Below, one piece after another: positions 1 to 12,790 of a stretch of DNA of 64,000 bases; the stretch's first letter is position 1; each line of letters opens with the position of its first letter. A program made the position numbers and the translations under genes. Under the pieces are notes generated by a model. It did not search any database. It was given only the letters and a program-made list of their open reading frames with translations, and was not told the origin of the DNA. The DNA is from Harriotta raleighana (Eukaryota). The stretch lies in assembly GCA_050575255.1 (NCBI GenBank), contig JBNZDD010013635.1:2949356-3013355 (forward strand), given 5' to 3'.

Positions 1-200
1 AACTACCTTTTAAATGGGTCCTGGTGCTAGCATCAAACAGCTATCCTGGCAACCAGTCCAGTTATTAATTAATTATCCTCTGGATAAAGAAACACTTCTT
101 GGCATCAGACCTGAAATAGTCCTTTGTAACTCTAAACCTTTGTCCTCTTGTTCGACTGTCCTGGTGCATCCTAAAATATTGTACTGTTTTATAAATTATT
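1..200 (-). mobile_element. old CR1/L3 LINE ORF2 3' fragment
   Basis: Degenerate similarity to the antisense of the CR1 C-terminal region (cttcttggcatcagacctgaaa...aacctttgtcctcttgttc). Based on recalled consensus only. Confidence 0.4.
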
Positions 201-299
201 GTTCGCACATGTATTCTCACATGTACTGCTGTCACATCTTGTAACTGTTTTTCTTCAGTAATGCAGTAGTACTTTTATAGCACAGAAGAGTGCTGAGCA

Positions 300-560
300 A
301 TGCAAGAAGCAGATTAACATCCCACAAACAACAACGAGAATAAATTGGAAGATTGTTGGCCAGTGCACAAAAGGAAACTCCTTTCTTTTCATGACTAATG
401 CCTTGGGGTTTGAATTGGCAAAGAAGATCTGGGATGAACATTTCATCTAAAGAACATCATTTTCAACAATGGAGCACTTCCCCAGTACTGGGTTGGAATG
501 TCAATCTAGATATTTACCTTAGAGGCCTAACATCCATCTTAAACTCAAACCTTCTGCAAA
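300..560 (-). mobile_element. old DeuSINE (SacSINE1/AmnSINE1-like) fragment
   Basis: Antisense Deu-domain motifs atcccacaaacaaca, tttcatctaaaga, gcacttccccagtactg. Confidence 0.55.
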
Positions 561-847
561 CTGAGGTAGGCTGATACACCAGATAATCTTTGCTCACTCC
601 TTTGTTTTTTATGTTTCTTATTATCCCGCTTCCCATACTAAAAATAGAGAGCGTGGAGTGCCTTAGTTACATTTATCTTATTGGTTTCTCAAATGCCCTT
701 AGTTACAATTAACTAAACTGAATAAAATAAATAACTCCACAGCCTGTATCAGCCTAACATTTACAAGGTGTTTCATGCAACCTTGAAAGGTATGATTCAC
801 TTCTGTTGTGAAATAATTCCATTTGTTAGAGTTATGATCATAGCTAC

Positions 848-1325
848 TGTCGAATTTAGGATGTAGTCGCTATAGCTAGGATTAAACAAACACTCGCAAA
901 CAGAGTTAGCATAGAAATATAGTTTATTAAACACTTGCAGCAAGGAGAGGGAAAGTACGTCTCTCTAGAGAGTCGGTACTCTACCTCCACCGATGGGGCA
1001 GTCCCATGAGTTAATATACAGAATCGATCTCAGATTTCCTCTCGACATAACAATGTTTGATAGACAGTCCACTCAGTAAACAATCAAAAATAGTTCTGAG
1101 ACAGTACCAGGCAGTCCAAGGACGTTGACTGGTTCTGTTAGATAAGTTCCCAATCATCTAGACGTTCCAAACTCCATGACGTACTTTCTCGTTTTGTACC
1201 AGAAAAATTGGCCGGCTTCAGGAGAAAAGCGAGCGGGTAGTCACAACAAGCTTGTTTTACGGTTACAGGCAGCACTAAAAACATTCTAATGAAATACTAT
1301 TTTTAACATAAAGTACAATTCCACA
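848..1325 (-). mobile_element. solo LTR (ERV class I or Gypsy-like), 478 bp
   Basis: TG...CA ends with inverted termini TGTCGAATT/AATTCCACA (8/9). Perfect 4-bp TSD ctac (844-847, 1326-1329). Minus-strand AATAAA at 923-928 and TATA-like TATATTAA at ~1011-1018. CpG-rich relative to flanks. Confidence 0.85.
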
Positions 1326-2114
1326 CTACTGATGTACAGAACAATAGATCTGTGCGTACATTATCTCTTTCTCCATAGAAACAAAAGCACAGAACCAATT
1401 AGAGAATGTTTGGAGTGTGAGATATTAATTCCCTTTGCTCCTAATCATAGCAGACCAGAAAGTAAATCAATAAATAACTTGCTCCTTCAGAATACAAAAT
1501 ATAAAAATGTGTTGTTTTGTTTTGCTTTCTGCAATCCAGGAAACATCATATCAATTTATTTCATAATACCTTTAAAAGAAAGTTTCTTTTCTGTCACCTA
1601 AGGCCCAGAATTTTCAACTTGTCAGGACCAACATTTCACTGGAAATCCACAGACTGAAACTTGCTGGATCTGGCACAGATTTAGTTATTGTTACTCCTCA
1701 AGGGTATTTGTTCTTTTGTCAATAAATTTACCCACTGGCGTGTGAGGTTTTTAGTATTCCCTGTTCATCAGAGAATACTACATTTTTTCCCCTATTACAA
1801 GCTTAAAGAATAAATGTGGGTAAAGTTATGGGGAATAATGTGTGCTTGCAATTCTACCTGCAATTGCAGTCACTACACTTCGTAAGTACTGTACAATGTT
1901 GTTAGAATGCATAGACTGCCTTTGGACACACCTAACTGATATAAGCTGCAGACTCCATCACCTGAGAACACAGAACTATATTCTGTACTTAAAATACTCA
2001 AAGTTAGAATATCACCTGCTTTAATGTTACATTTCTAACATAGCACTGAATATAGAATAAAGGTGTTAAAAAGCATATCTAGTAACTTTCTGTGAGAGAA
2101 AATACTGCATAAGG

Positions 2115-2365
2115 TTTATAGAGCACATTTCACTTCGGGAGGATGTCTTAAGGTGCTGAACTATCAGGTCAGGACCCGAGCGGGAGGGTGGGAGGTCGGG
2201 GTAGGGGGAAGGGGAAGGAGAGTAGGAGAGGGGCAAGAGTTAGTAGGGGAGCTGAAGGCACGATCGAAGAGGAAGGTCTTGAGACCGGCCTTGAAGGAGG
2301 AAAGGGAGGAAGTGAGATGAAGCGATTGCGGGATGGAGTTCCAGAACGATGGGGAAGACGGGGAA
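2115..2365 (-). mobile_element. L2 LINE 3' end
   Basis: ORF 2164..2388 gives FWNSIPQSLHLTSSLSSFKAGLKTFLFDRAF, the typical L2 ORF2 C-terminus. Homologous to 58688-59104. Confidence 0.85.
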
Positions 2366-2885
2366 GCAGAAAGATATAACATTGGCATGAACTAATAAAA
2401 TAATGGAGCAGGTTTGGCGGGTTCACTGACTTACTCTTTGTTTCCATGTTCCAGGGGATGCGAAAATACACAGCCAAGAATGTGAACATTGTGTAGTTCT
2501 AGGTAGGCAGGCCCCAGAAACATTTATTTTTGTCTGGCGTTAAGTGATTTGGTTAGCTTTCCTGTCATGTGAAGCACTGACATTAGTGTTTGTGAAATTA
2601 AATGGAACATTGTTCTCAGGGATAACACCTGACCCTTGTAATAAGGGACCATTGAATCGAATTTTTCAATTATATTCTGCAATATGAAGCTCAAATATCT
2701 AATAACCATCTAGTATTCCCGGGGCTGTTTTCTTTTAAATGTATTTTTTGTCTAACATGTAGACATAAAAAGTTAATGTGCTTCATTTGCTTCTTATTGT
2801 CTCATTTAATTTTTTATTACAGTCTTCTTTTAAATAAGGGTAATTAATGCTATTAGGGCTAGAGAGGGTGGAGGCAGCAGAGCTG

Positions 2886-3830
2886 TGTTGGGATATGGAG
2901 GTATTAAAAATTAATTATGGTTTGTTCCAATCAGGCACCAATTAAAACAATCTATCCACAACACCGGCATGATCAGCAACCTTGAGCAAAAGGGAGAAAA
3001 GAACTTATCTACACAAAACACCAGGTGCACATTCCTCTGCGCTGAGACAACCTTGGGTACTGGTCCATGCCATTAATCCAAGAGGCACAATAAAATCAGT
3101 AGCTTCTAGGATGAATAAAAAATTGAAGGAGACCGAGCTCAAGATATAGATAGGGACAGAGGACTCAATTAACAAAGGCGCAAAGGAATGTACTGTGGAG
3201 GGGGCTTCAGGCTAGAAAGAAGGTATAACTAGACACAGCATTTGGGAAATTGCCAAGTGAGTAGCAGGAGAGCCATCTCAAGGTCTGGGAAAAAAAGGGA
3301 GGCAAACAATTTCCTACAAAACTGGCCTTTTAATTGTCTGGTTTTGACATTGCTTCTGGACATTGTCCAAGTGATCAACTGGCTGAGTTAGTTATGATGA
3401 GGCTGGAAGTATAAATTATACTATGGAAGTATAAAGATAGGAGAGAAAGAGTGGCTCATTACAACAGTTGGGGAATGTCTCAGGGTAAACGAAGATCTCC
3501 AGCCTGCCACTGTTGTCCAGACTACTGGAATGGGTCATAGTTCCAGTTGTTCTGTTTCAAGACAGGTAAGGGTCAGTTAGAGAAAGGAATACAGTATAAT
3601 CGGGATACCATCAGAGAAAGGGTAGAGCAGAGATAGGGACAGAGAGGGTAAATATTGTGAGAAGCCTGAATCTGACTTATTATTAAGCTTGTATGCAGCT
3701 TTAACTGGTAGTATGTTTTATTTCTCTTTCACTCTATATTCTAATTACTTATAATCATTAAATTCACTATACCTTTATTAAGGGTTGTTGGGTCATTATT
3801 TCGAACTCTCAGAATCGGGAAATCCCAACA
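2886..3830 (+). mobile_element. solo LTR, 945 bp
   Basis: Perfect 9-bp inverted termini TGTTGGGAT...ATCCCAACA. 4-bp TSD gctg/actg (1 mismatch). TATAAA at 3410 and 3430, ATTAAA at 3757-3762. Confidence 0.7.
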
Positions 3831-3959
3831 ACTGTCTGTGCAGAACCAGATGAAATCTACATTTTTAGGATGTGGTTTGGGAGAGGAACCTGTAATAGCA
3901 CTGGGAGCAATAGTGATCAGAGGAATAGAACATTGGCGCTGTCTTTATATGATTTATAC

Positions 3960-4160
3960 TTGAACTTTACCAATGGTTTTGCTAATGCCAACAATACCCC
4001 CAGATTAAAAAATTGGTCATTCATTTGATGGTCATTCGTGGACCCAAATTAGCTGTTGTGTTTGTGAATGTCCAGAAATATAGTCACCACACTTTCCAGA
4101 AAAAGTCTGTGAGAAACAAGAAATGTTTTTGAGAAATGTCAACTACAATATATTATTATT
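3960..4160 (+). mobile_element. old DeuSINE 3' half
   Basis: aaattggtcatt...caaattagctg...atagtca...tattattatt, matching other copies in the window. Confidence 0.45.
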
Positions 4161-4480
4161 AATGCCCTATAAAAAAGTACCGGGTAAATATTTGGGTAAG
4201 AATCAGATTGAATGGTGCCACAAATAATGGTAGGCAAAGCTGCTGTCTCATAAAACCCTGAGCAAGGACTGAGCTCTGCTGTGAGCGCAGGAAAGAAAAT
4301 TGGGGAAGGAACATGATTGATGATATCGAGGGCGAGGACACACAAATGTGAATTTTCAAAATATTCTTGCGTTGTCCTCATGGTTTCTCTTAACCGTTAC
4401 AAAATTGCTGCCCATTATAAGGTTAAAAAGATATCGTCAATGGTTGGGTCATTATCACCAGTGATAATTATTACATTGTA

Positions 4481-5411
4481 CAGTTAACCCTCGTCAATTG
4501 TGGGGGTTACGTTCCTGGAAAACTGCGCACTCAACAAAATCACGTTGGAGAAGCTTAAGAAGTAATGGGAAAAGGGGAGTTAGGGGATTGAGGCTACCCA
4601 CCTCAAGCCTCCAAGCACATCTGATGCAAGGTACCTATTGAGATGGGCTAAGGCTGGCTGGTCCGCTCCTTGCTCCGCCTACCTCTCCCCTCTCTTGTTG
4701 CTCCCACCCCATTCTTCCTGCTCTCCTACTACCCGGGAAGTGGGCAAATCAGGGCAGCCCAGGAGGGAGGCAGAGAGAAATCGGGGAGAGCAGCAGGCGG
4801 GTGGAGGAGGAGGGAAAAGAGAACTGCTTGGAGGCAGGGGGGGGACTCACTGAGGTGCAGGCCAGCAAGCTGATCGAAGGCGGGGTGGAGGCGGGACTTG
4901 CTGAGGTGCAAACTGCTCGGAGAGTGCTGGGGATGGGAGACACAGAAAGGTTACAGCGGCTTTGTTATCGCTTTATTGCTATAATAAAGTGATAACAAAG
5001 CAGTAAAGCAATAAAAAAAGCAATAAAACAACAGGGTAGATTAGCCTACATTGCTGTACAATTCCTGTCTCTCTCTCTCTCTCTGTCTCTTGTTTACAAT
5101 GCAACGCAATAAAATTCTCCAAGGACGAAGCGTTATTCTATTTACCCAGAATGCATTGTGCGGGGGTCTGTGGCTTTAGTCGAGATCTTCCGGCCTCGTC
5201 AAAAATGCCCATGTGCGTGGGACCAGCCAGCTGAGGAATCATTGGATTTAGTCAGGAGCTATCAGCATCTTCACCTGTGCGCATGCCCGCGGGGGCCAGC
5301 CAGCGCATATATACAAGTTTTACATGCACTGCACAAAAAAGTGATGCTTTTGTTTTGTCGCCTATAGTTGAATTCACAATCGATAAAGTCGCCTTCAACG
5401 AGGGTTAACTG
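4481..5411. mobile_element. non-autonomous Tc1/mariner (Tigger/pogo-like) DNA transposon, 931 bp
   Basis: 14-bp perfect TIR CAGTTAACCCTCGT...ACGAGGGTTAACTG, TA on both sides (4479-4480, 5412-5413), no transposase ORF. Confidence 0.85.
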
Positions 5412-6869
5412 TATATCGCATTTTCCTTCCCCTTTTTCACCTTAGTTTTCCTTTAGGTAATTAACTGCAAGTAATACATTGTCAGACTGAAGCAGGTTAA
5501 TCTAGAGTATGATCAGGATAAAAGGATCAATTCAATATTTCGAGAGCATCTTCTTAGAGATACACAATGCAATTTATGCCTTTCATGTCAGGAGGATGCT
5601 TTAAAGTGCTTGCTACACAGAGCCTCTTAGCAATAATGTATTACTTGCAGTTTGATTAATTGTACAAAACAAATCAGTTTAATAGATATTGTAACAAGAT
5701 AAATGAGTAAAGTAAATGTATGGGTTTTGAGTCCATCCAGTTTGCAATCTTTGGGAACTATTGCTTGGAGGTAAATCTTGTTTGATGATCTGATATTTGG
5801 AAATGTAACTATTCTATTTCACAGTAAACTTCCTATCTTATTTAGATTCAATGATTAAACGTATAAACATTTAAACATTTTAATGGGAAGTAAGAATGTA
5901 GAAAAATGTTTGCTTCTCATACAGAATTATTTGGATAATGAATCTCTTAATCCCCTCAAATCTACTTTCCACTGAGTTTACCTTTTAAACAGAACAAGAA
6001 AATACTAGTTTCAAAAGCCGCTTGTTTTTAGATTCAAAATAAGAAATATGTTATGGTGGTTTCTCAATGAATTTGCAATATACAGGTACATGGAACTTCT
6101 CCTTCTTGGCAATAGAGCCAAATGTCTTTTATCTTTGGCTTTAACAATGGAAAATGAACTCAAATATCTCCTATTGCTTCTAGAGCCAGGGCAGATGGTT
6201 GGTTGGTTGGTTGGATGGCATGTCAGATGGCTTGCTTCTAGCCATCTATGGTTTATGGGAGATACCAGAGCAGCAAGAGCAGCTCGAGTCTAATGTGATA
6301 ATCTCTTGTGAACAGCAGAGAATATCCTGTAATCAGGAAGCAGTAACATCTTGACAGTCTTCCTTTGTGCAGCCAACTGAGAAATGAGAGGCAAACATGG
6401 CTCAGATCTATAACGGCCTGTATGCCAACACAGATGTGTATTGGATGAAACTATCCATCTCATTCTGTACATCTATCTAATGACCGCAAACTCTGCCAAA
6501 GCCATATGTAACTCTAAGAATTACTGCTCAATAATGGCCAGCTCGAATTGAATGACTGAAGGCTATGGGATAGTGGGGTGATGTAGGTGATTGAGAACAG
6601 ATGGAAAACAGGTGTATACCTTCCCTGACGCATTCATCTGTGTAATTTAGAGAGAAGGATGTTATACCACTTTGATTTAGAAAATTGTCTTTACACATAA
6701 TTGGCTGCATTCAAGCATTTACACACTAGCTTTAGATGGCTTTAGTTACACCAAAATAGGGTCGATAACCATTCAATGTAGTCAAAGCGTTTCACTTTAA
6801 CATCCAGTTCCACATTGACTTTGGTATCCATACAATTCTGAAAGACTAGGCTGATGTTAGCACAATGTC

Positions 6870-7045
6870 AGGTTGGAATCACTTTTACTCCTGGGCCAGT
6901 GGTGGGTTCAGGCCCCATGCTGTGATTTGAATGCATTGAGGGAAAGGTGGAACGTTGGAATTGCCATCCTTTCAATGAGACGTCAAACCATATTTTTGAT
7001 CAGTTTGATGTTAAATTTCTGATAATGCCATTTGAAAAGGTCTTG
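6870..7045 (+). mobile_element. old DeuSINE 5'/central fragment
   Basis: gtgggttcaggcccc (B-box-like), tgccatcctttcaatgagacgtcaaacc (Deu domain). Confidence 0.5.
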
Positions 7046-7684
7046 GGGTTAGTGCACATTACCGTTCAAGTAGAATCCTCAATACATTACTGAAGCACAG
7101 ACTGCAGGCAGCTCTGAAGTGGGTGTATTTGCTGCCATATAATGAGTCTGAATTAAAATAAGGAATCTTTTCATGTGGTATATTTCAAATTTCTGTCTTT
7201 CATTCACTTCTTAAATATTGTATCCACCTCCTAAATTATGACTGTTTTTTCTCCTATTTTAACCTTCAGTTTGAATTCTACACATTTTCTTTGCTTTTAC
7301 AATACCCATGATAACAACAGCTCGGGCAAATGTATCATTTAGTTGTGCATCAGGATGGGATTGGCATTCTATTCACTAATATTGTGTCTCTCTGGAGGTC
7401 AGATAAAAAATGACAAGACAGAATATATTGAAGAAGCTAAGAAATGTATTAAAGAAATCAAACATTTTTAAAACTCTATCTTAAATTCCTTCACCACTGG
7501 GAATCAATAAGGTAGCATTTCAGCAAGGCATTCAAAACATGCAGGTATTTTATTTTGGATTGAGAATTTCAAAACTAGGGGAAAAATATTAAGATTGGAA
7601 CCCGGTTCTAATAAGCGGACAATTGATCCACAAATAAATCTTACTCACAATTCCCTGAAATCAGCTCCATATATTCTTGGAAAC

Positions 7685-7920
7685 CTATCATCATGTTTAA
7701 GAGTATTCATTATCCAAACCAGACTGAGAATTCAATATATTTATGCCACCTACACATGGAATTTGCCTCGTGTCTCGAATTGAATGCACACTCTCTCCCA
7801 CTCTCTGTATACTTCATTCTGTAGAGTGCTAAGCATGCATTGGTGAAGCCTGGGGACCCCAGTGTATTTGTCAGGTTATTGCTTGAGCTCAATCAGCAAA
7901 AACTGCACAAATTGCTATCA
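7685..7920 (-). repeat. unnamed interspersed repeat, copy A
   Basis: Reverse complement contains gggagagagtgtgcattc, ttccatgtgtaggtgg and ggtttggata..atactcttaaa, matching 35008-35285. Confidence 0.75.
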
Positions 7921-8399
7921 AGTGCACTGTTTATTAGTACTTGTCTGGCTAGGTCCACTCTACTCTGGAGGTCTTTGGCTTGAAGGGTTGACAGGAGTGG
8001 GAAGAATTCATAGAGTGGTGGGACAGAAGGGCTCAAAGCTCATCCACCAATAGGAAGGTGGATCGGGTGGATCGACTGATGAAGGTCTGCTTAATTGTCC
8101 GTGTAATTTATTGCTGATGCAGAGCACTACATAAAAACAGTCATTACACTTCAAATGATAAAACGGCCTGACCAAACGTGTCTGTCTTAAACAGCTTGCA
8201 CTATATTATTTTACTTATTGGAGTTATTTTTTACCCTGTAACCAAATGTAGCTTCAAATCAAATCAGAAATCTAGGATCTGATATATAGACTGGGTGCTG
8301 GAGGATTGGACAGCTCTGGATAATAGAGATGATAGCCTGGGAAGCTGAGTGAACCATTTCACACACAGTGGTATGTTTCTAACTGTGGTTATTCGTCTC

Positions 8400-8520
8400 C
8401 CTCAGGAGATTAAGTAATATGGATAGAGTCCATGAATGAGCAAATTGAACACAGTCCGCTGAAAAGAATGGGCTCGATGGGCCGAATGACTGTCTCATGT
8501 CACACTTCCTTATGTTCTTA
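8400..8520 (+). mobile_element. CR1 3' UTR remnant
   Basis: gggctcgatgggccgaatgactgtctc...cttatgttctta tail. Confidence 0.55.
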
Positions 8521-10764
8521 ACAAATCAGCAAGATGAAAGGAAAGGAGTGATATTGTGATATCACTGGAATCTGGAGTGCCAGACACTGTGTTAGTACCA
8601 CAGCAATTGAGTGATTAATTGGGTGCTGGTTCCATTCTGTCTTGGAGAGGGCTGTTGTACCCACAGATCACTGTTTTCTTTAAAAAATAAGTTCAGTGCC
8701 CTTCCTGGTAACCTGTTTCAGTTGTTAATTATCATTCTGTTGAGGAGATTTTACATCAGCTTCTGAGAACGGGTCTATCGCAATGTTTGCTAGAGTGTCA
8801 ACTCTTGTAATATGGTTCCAATGGAAATAGAGACGTTTTATGGTGTTATGAAACATTAGAACTCTTTGCAGTTTGTCTTCCATCACTGTGTGGGTTTTTG
8901 ACAATAAAACCAGCTATGGCTTTTTGAAATCACCTTGTAAGAATACCAAGCGAGTCATGGCATTCGAGATTTTAACGTACTTCTTAATATACCTGCTACT
9001 TTTCTGACAATTAGATGCCGGCTAAATGGGAAGCACAATCAAATCCAATTTGGATCATTAAGATTGAACTTGAATTTGCTTTGAATTGGAAATGTGGTGC
9101 AGTTCATGAATTGTTCATGTGTGAAAACAAACATAGTGAAAAGGAGAAATGTTATTGATTGGGCTAAACAAGGAGCACAATGTGACAGTCTTTCTGCTGA
9201 AGCTGGAATTCCCTGATCTCCAGAGCAAGCAAGGATATTGGCAGACAATTGGGGAGAGAACAAATTGAGAATGAAAAGAATAAAAGAATGACATTATAAA
9301 AGAAATTTCTAATAACTAAGAAACATCCTGGAACAATTAGAGAGAAAAAGGGGGCGCCATATTTCCTCTGAATATCTATTGAGTGGAAAATCAATGTATG
9401 GGGAATGGGTGGGGGGTTGTTAAATATGGTGAAGGTACTTATTTGTGCTGGATTTATCTGCTGAGTTTGCAAAGTTTAATAATTTTGCAGCTGGGTAAAT
9501 TTGCAACTGTAATAAAAAAAAATTGTCTTTTGTTTATTGTTTTATTTATAATTTAATTATAGTGTACAGCAATCAGCAACAAATAAATTTAACTTAGCGA
9601 GCAAAGTTAAACAGCTCAGCTCATACCAACTAACATTTGCAATTGGATCAGCATAATCTCATGGGAGTTTCTAGCCGACAACTTTTAAGAGCGAGAAAAT
9701 TCACTGCTCCTCTAGGTATTCATTAAAATTTCCCTTCTTTCTTGATGAACATGATCAATATACTTCACTATGATACATCAGTATCTTAGAATTACAGTAA
9801 TCTTTTACGTTGTGCCAACTTTAGAGTAGTACGGATGCAAAATCTGAGATAAGGCTATGCAACTAAATTGCTGACCTGTATAGTAATAAATATTCAAAAG
9901 TTTCCATCTGCTGCCAGCAAAGAAATACAATACTGTGATATTTATTCCCATACAGACAGTGCAAAATATAGGACCCTACAGGGATAATATTTTCCTAAAC
10001 TCTTAAAGTGATAGATGCAATAGCTGTTGTACCAAACCTTGTTTTATAATCTGGAACATATAGGTTTACTGTGATGAATAAATACTGCCATATACTAGAA
10101 TATAATTACACTGTAAGCATTGTAATGAAAGTATAAAACTCCCTTGTTTTTATAGATTTTTATGTAGCCGTTGATATAATAAACCCCTTCTTTTCTGTAA
10201 TTGCATTTTGCAATGGTAAAACACTTCATTTCAAAGACGCTTCCCTGTATCAAAGAGGTTTCAATTGTATCTGATATTTGGAGTGTAAAATGTGACTTGT
10301 AAGGCCCATACCACATTTGTACCGCACTGATCTGTGTTTTTATATGCTTGTCACACAATATTTTCATGAGTTCAACTCTTGCATACAACAGAGGTGGAAA
10401 GAAATAGGTACCTCTGACTCCATTGTTGAGCATGGGTCAAGCCACAAAACATTGTCCATAGATGTTGAATTCCATAGACCTTGAACTCTGGATCACCCTT
10501 CAAAGGTACCTTACCATCTGCAAAAGTATGAGGTATGCCAGTAGCGGATCACAAGCGAACACATGACATTTAAATAAGAAATCATTTGGTGCCAATAGTA
10601 CACACGTTATTTAACACACATTACATAAAGATACCATAAATAATTTGTTTGGCACCGCATTTGACTGTTGCATTTATTCATCATTATCATTCTTCACTGT
10701 ACATCACTCTTTTTATACCCTTCCTTACATAAGGAAGCACAATGAAAATGAACCATAGAACCAT

Positions 10765-10845
10765 TACAACAACAAAACAATACACTTTTAATACAACAAA
10801 GTAAAGCATTTTTCATTTTGGGAGGATGTCCCAAGGCGCTGGACA
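10765..10845 (-). mobile_element. L2 extreme 3' end
   Basis: gggaggatgtcccaaggcgctggac preceded by a CAA-rich tail. Confidence 0.6.
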
Positions 10846-11299
10846 TTAATTTGAAAACAAAACAAAGATGGTGCAGAAGGAAAACAAAATGTGATTGTAA
10901 TCAATAAATCAGTTGCCAAAAGGTCCATTATCCTTATCGTTGCTGAATCCAGTCATTAAAAGCATGGCAGATCACAGAAAGAATAACCAAATAGGATTCA
11001 AGATTCGTCACTAAAGATACAAAATTTATAAGCAAGGAAGCACCATAGTTATTCAAACCACCGATGAAACTTTATTAGTAGTACACTACTACAACCGTCT
11101 TTTGATTTAGAAGAGATTCGAAGTAGGAAACACAAAATATTGTCCTCTGTTTTTTGTTTGATATTCCACACCTGACAAACACATTGATGTTCACCACCAA
11201 AATAAAATGGATGTGTGGGGTGTAGGAGAGGGTGAGGGGGTGTTAGGAATTAATGACCACAACTGGCTCTTGAGACTGGCGCCAAGAATCATTCATTTG

Positions 11300-11460
11300 T
11301 GGAACTGGATATATATTTATGAAGGCAAAACATGAAGGGATACGGGGAACAAGATATAAGGTGGATTAATAACAAAGAGAAATAATGTTTGTAACCATTG
11401 AAAAATGGTTACAAACATTATCCACTGAATTGTCTCTTTCATCGGTGAAATTTTCTATAT
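11300..11460 (+). mobile_element. old CR1 3' end containing a perfect hairpin
   Basis: gaactggatatatatttatgaaggcaaaacatgaagggatacggggaa corresponds to ELD.Y....GYGE, cf. the CR1 at 48021-48090. Confidence 0.55.
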
Positions 11461-12704
11461 TTCGGTAACCGAAGTATTAACATGTAGGGTTTAGTTTGCA
11501 CTGTGTTTTGATCTTGAGCCCTGATGGTATCAAATGAGTCAGGATTATGCTTCTGTTTGGAGATATGGAGAGCTTGTTCTACCACTGGCAGAGGTATAGA
11601 ACCAAAAGTTGAGAGGTTGAGAAGCGTAAATGGTTTTGGAATGAATATACCTCAGAGTGTTGACTTTGTGCTGGACAAGTATTTTAATGTAGGAGAAATA
11701 CTGAGCATGAATTTTGATTTGCATTACAGGAATTGCACATCAACCAGACAATACCTCATTTTGACAAGGTACAAATATGATACAACAGTTGTGGCCTCGG
11801 GAACAGCACAAAAGGTTTGAATAGACCAGAGTATAATGAGTCAAAATTGTACAAAGCATAAATATTTCATAACATTGTGCCCTTGATTGACTTGTCTTGT
11901 AATTTCTCATGATGGGTTTTAAGTAAGAGGCCAATGGTGACCTTAATGGAACTGCAATGATGCAAGCTGTTACTTTCATTGACAACTTTATTGACAGCTG
12001 CTACATGAATAGTCGATCATTAAATAAAATTGGACTCTCATTTGTTTCTCCCCTCGATTTTTACTTGAAGCTGCCACTTGCTAATGTATATAGTCTGTTA
12101 TTCATTGTATTTAACCGTATACAGCAATTGTTTCCTCAAATCCCCTTTCTAGCTGTGTGAATTAAAAACACCCCTGCAGTTAGCATCACAAAAGTATTTG
12201 TGAATGTAAATGCTGATTACTTTTTTAATTGCAGAAAATTGCAGCACTGATCAGTTAGGAAGATAATTCAACCTATGTGGGGTTAGGCGAGAATAAATAA
12301 AAGCAACAAAGTTAAACATTTGTAAAATACGAATAAGATGCCAAATTTCATTTGCGAACAATAAAAAATCAGGAAAGCATAATCAAAATGTTAATCTTGC
12401 TTCTTCCAATACAGAGCAGTTATGTTGGTAGGTGCGTGAATGGTATGGAGATTAAATTGTATTGAAAAAATATTTTGCCTATTCCAGAAAATTGGCCAAT
12501 GTAGGTTAGAGGAAGGTAACAAGGTGGGGCAACAAGGTGGGGCAACAGCAAACATGTCTATTTGCAGAAGTGGGGGAAAGAAAAGTAGGTGGCTGTGATT
12601 TTTTTCACAAAGATTCCCAGTTCGTATGGAGCTGCTGCATTCAAAGCTAGTGACTTACTAGGTTGAGTCTTGAATGCATTTGATTATGTTGAAAAAGATC
12701 ATTT

Positions 12705-12790
12705 TGACTTTGGATAGATCATTGATGAGCCCATATTTTGAACACTGCTTCAACTTCTGGACTCCTTACTTCCGAATGACATTGATGGAA
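12705..12790 (+). mobile_element. old CR1 ORF2 fragment
   Basis: Translates LDRSLMSPYFEHCFNFWTPYFR, versus LYKTLVRPQLEYCVQFWAPYYR in the CR1 at 48021-48668. Confidence 0.55.

Noticed and set aside
10513-10530. 3-nt microexon (minus strand cttttgcag ATG gtaagg)
   Set aside because: Expected by chance in this much sequence, with no host gene evidence
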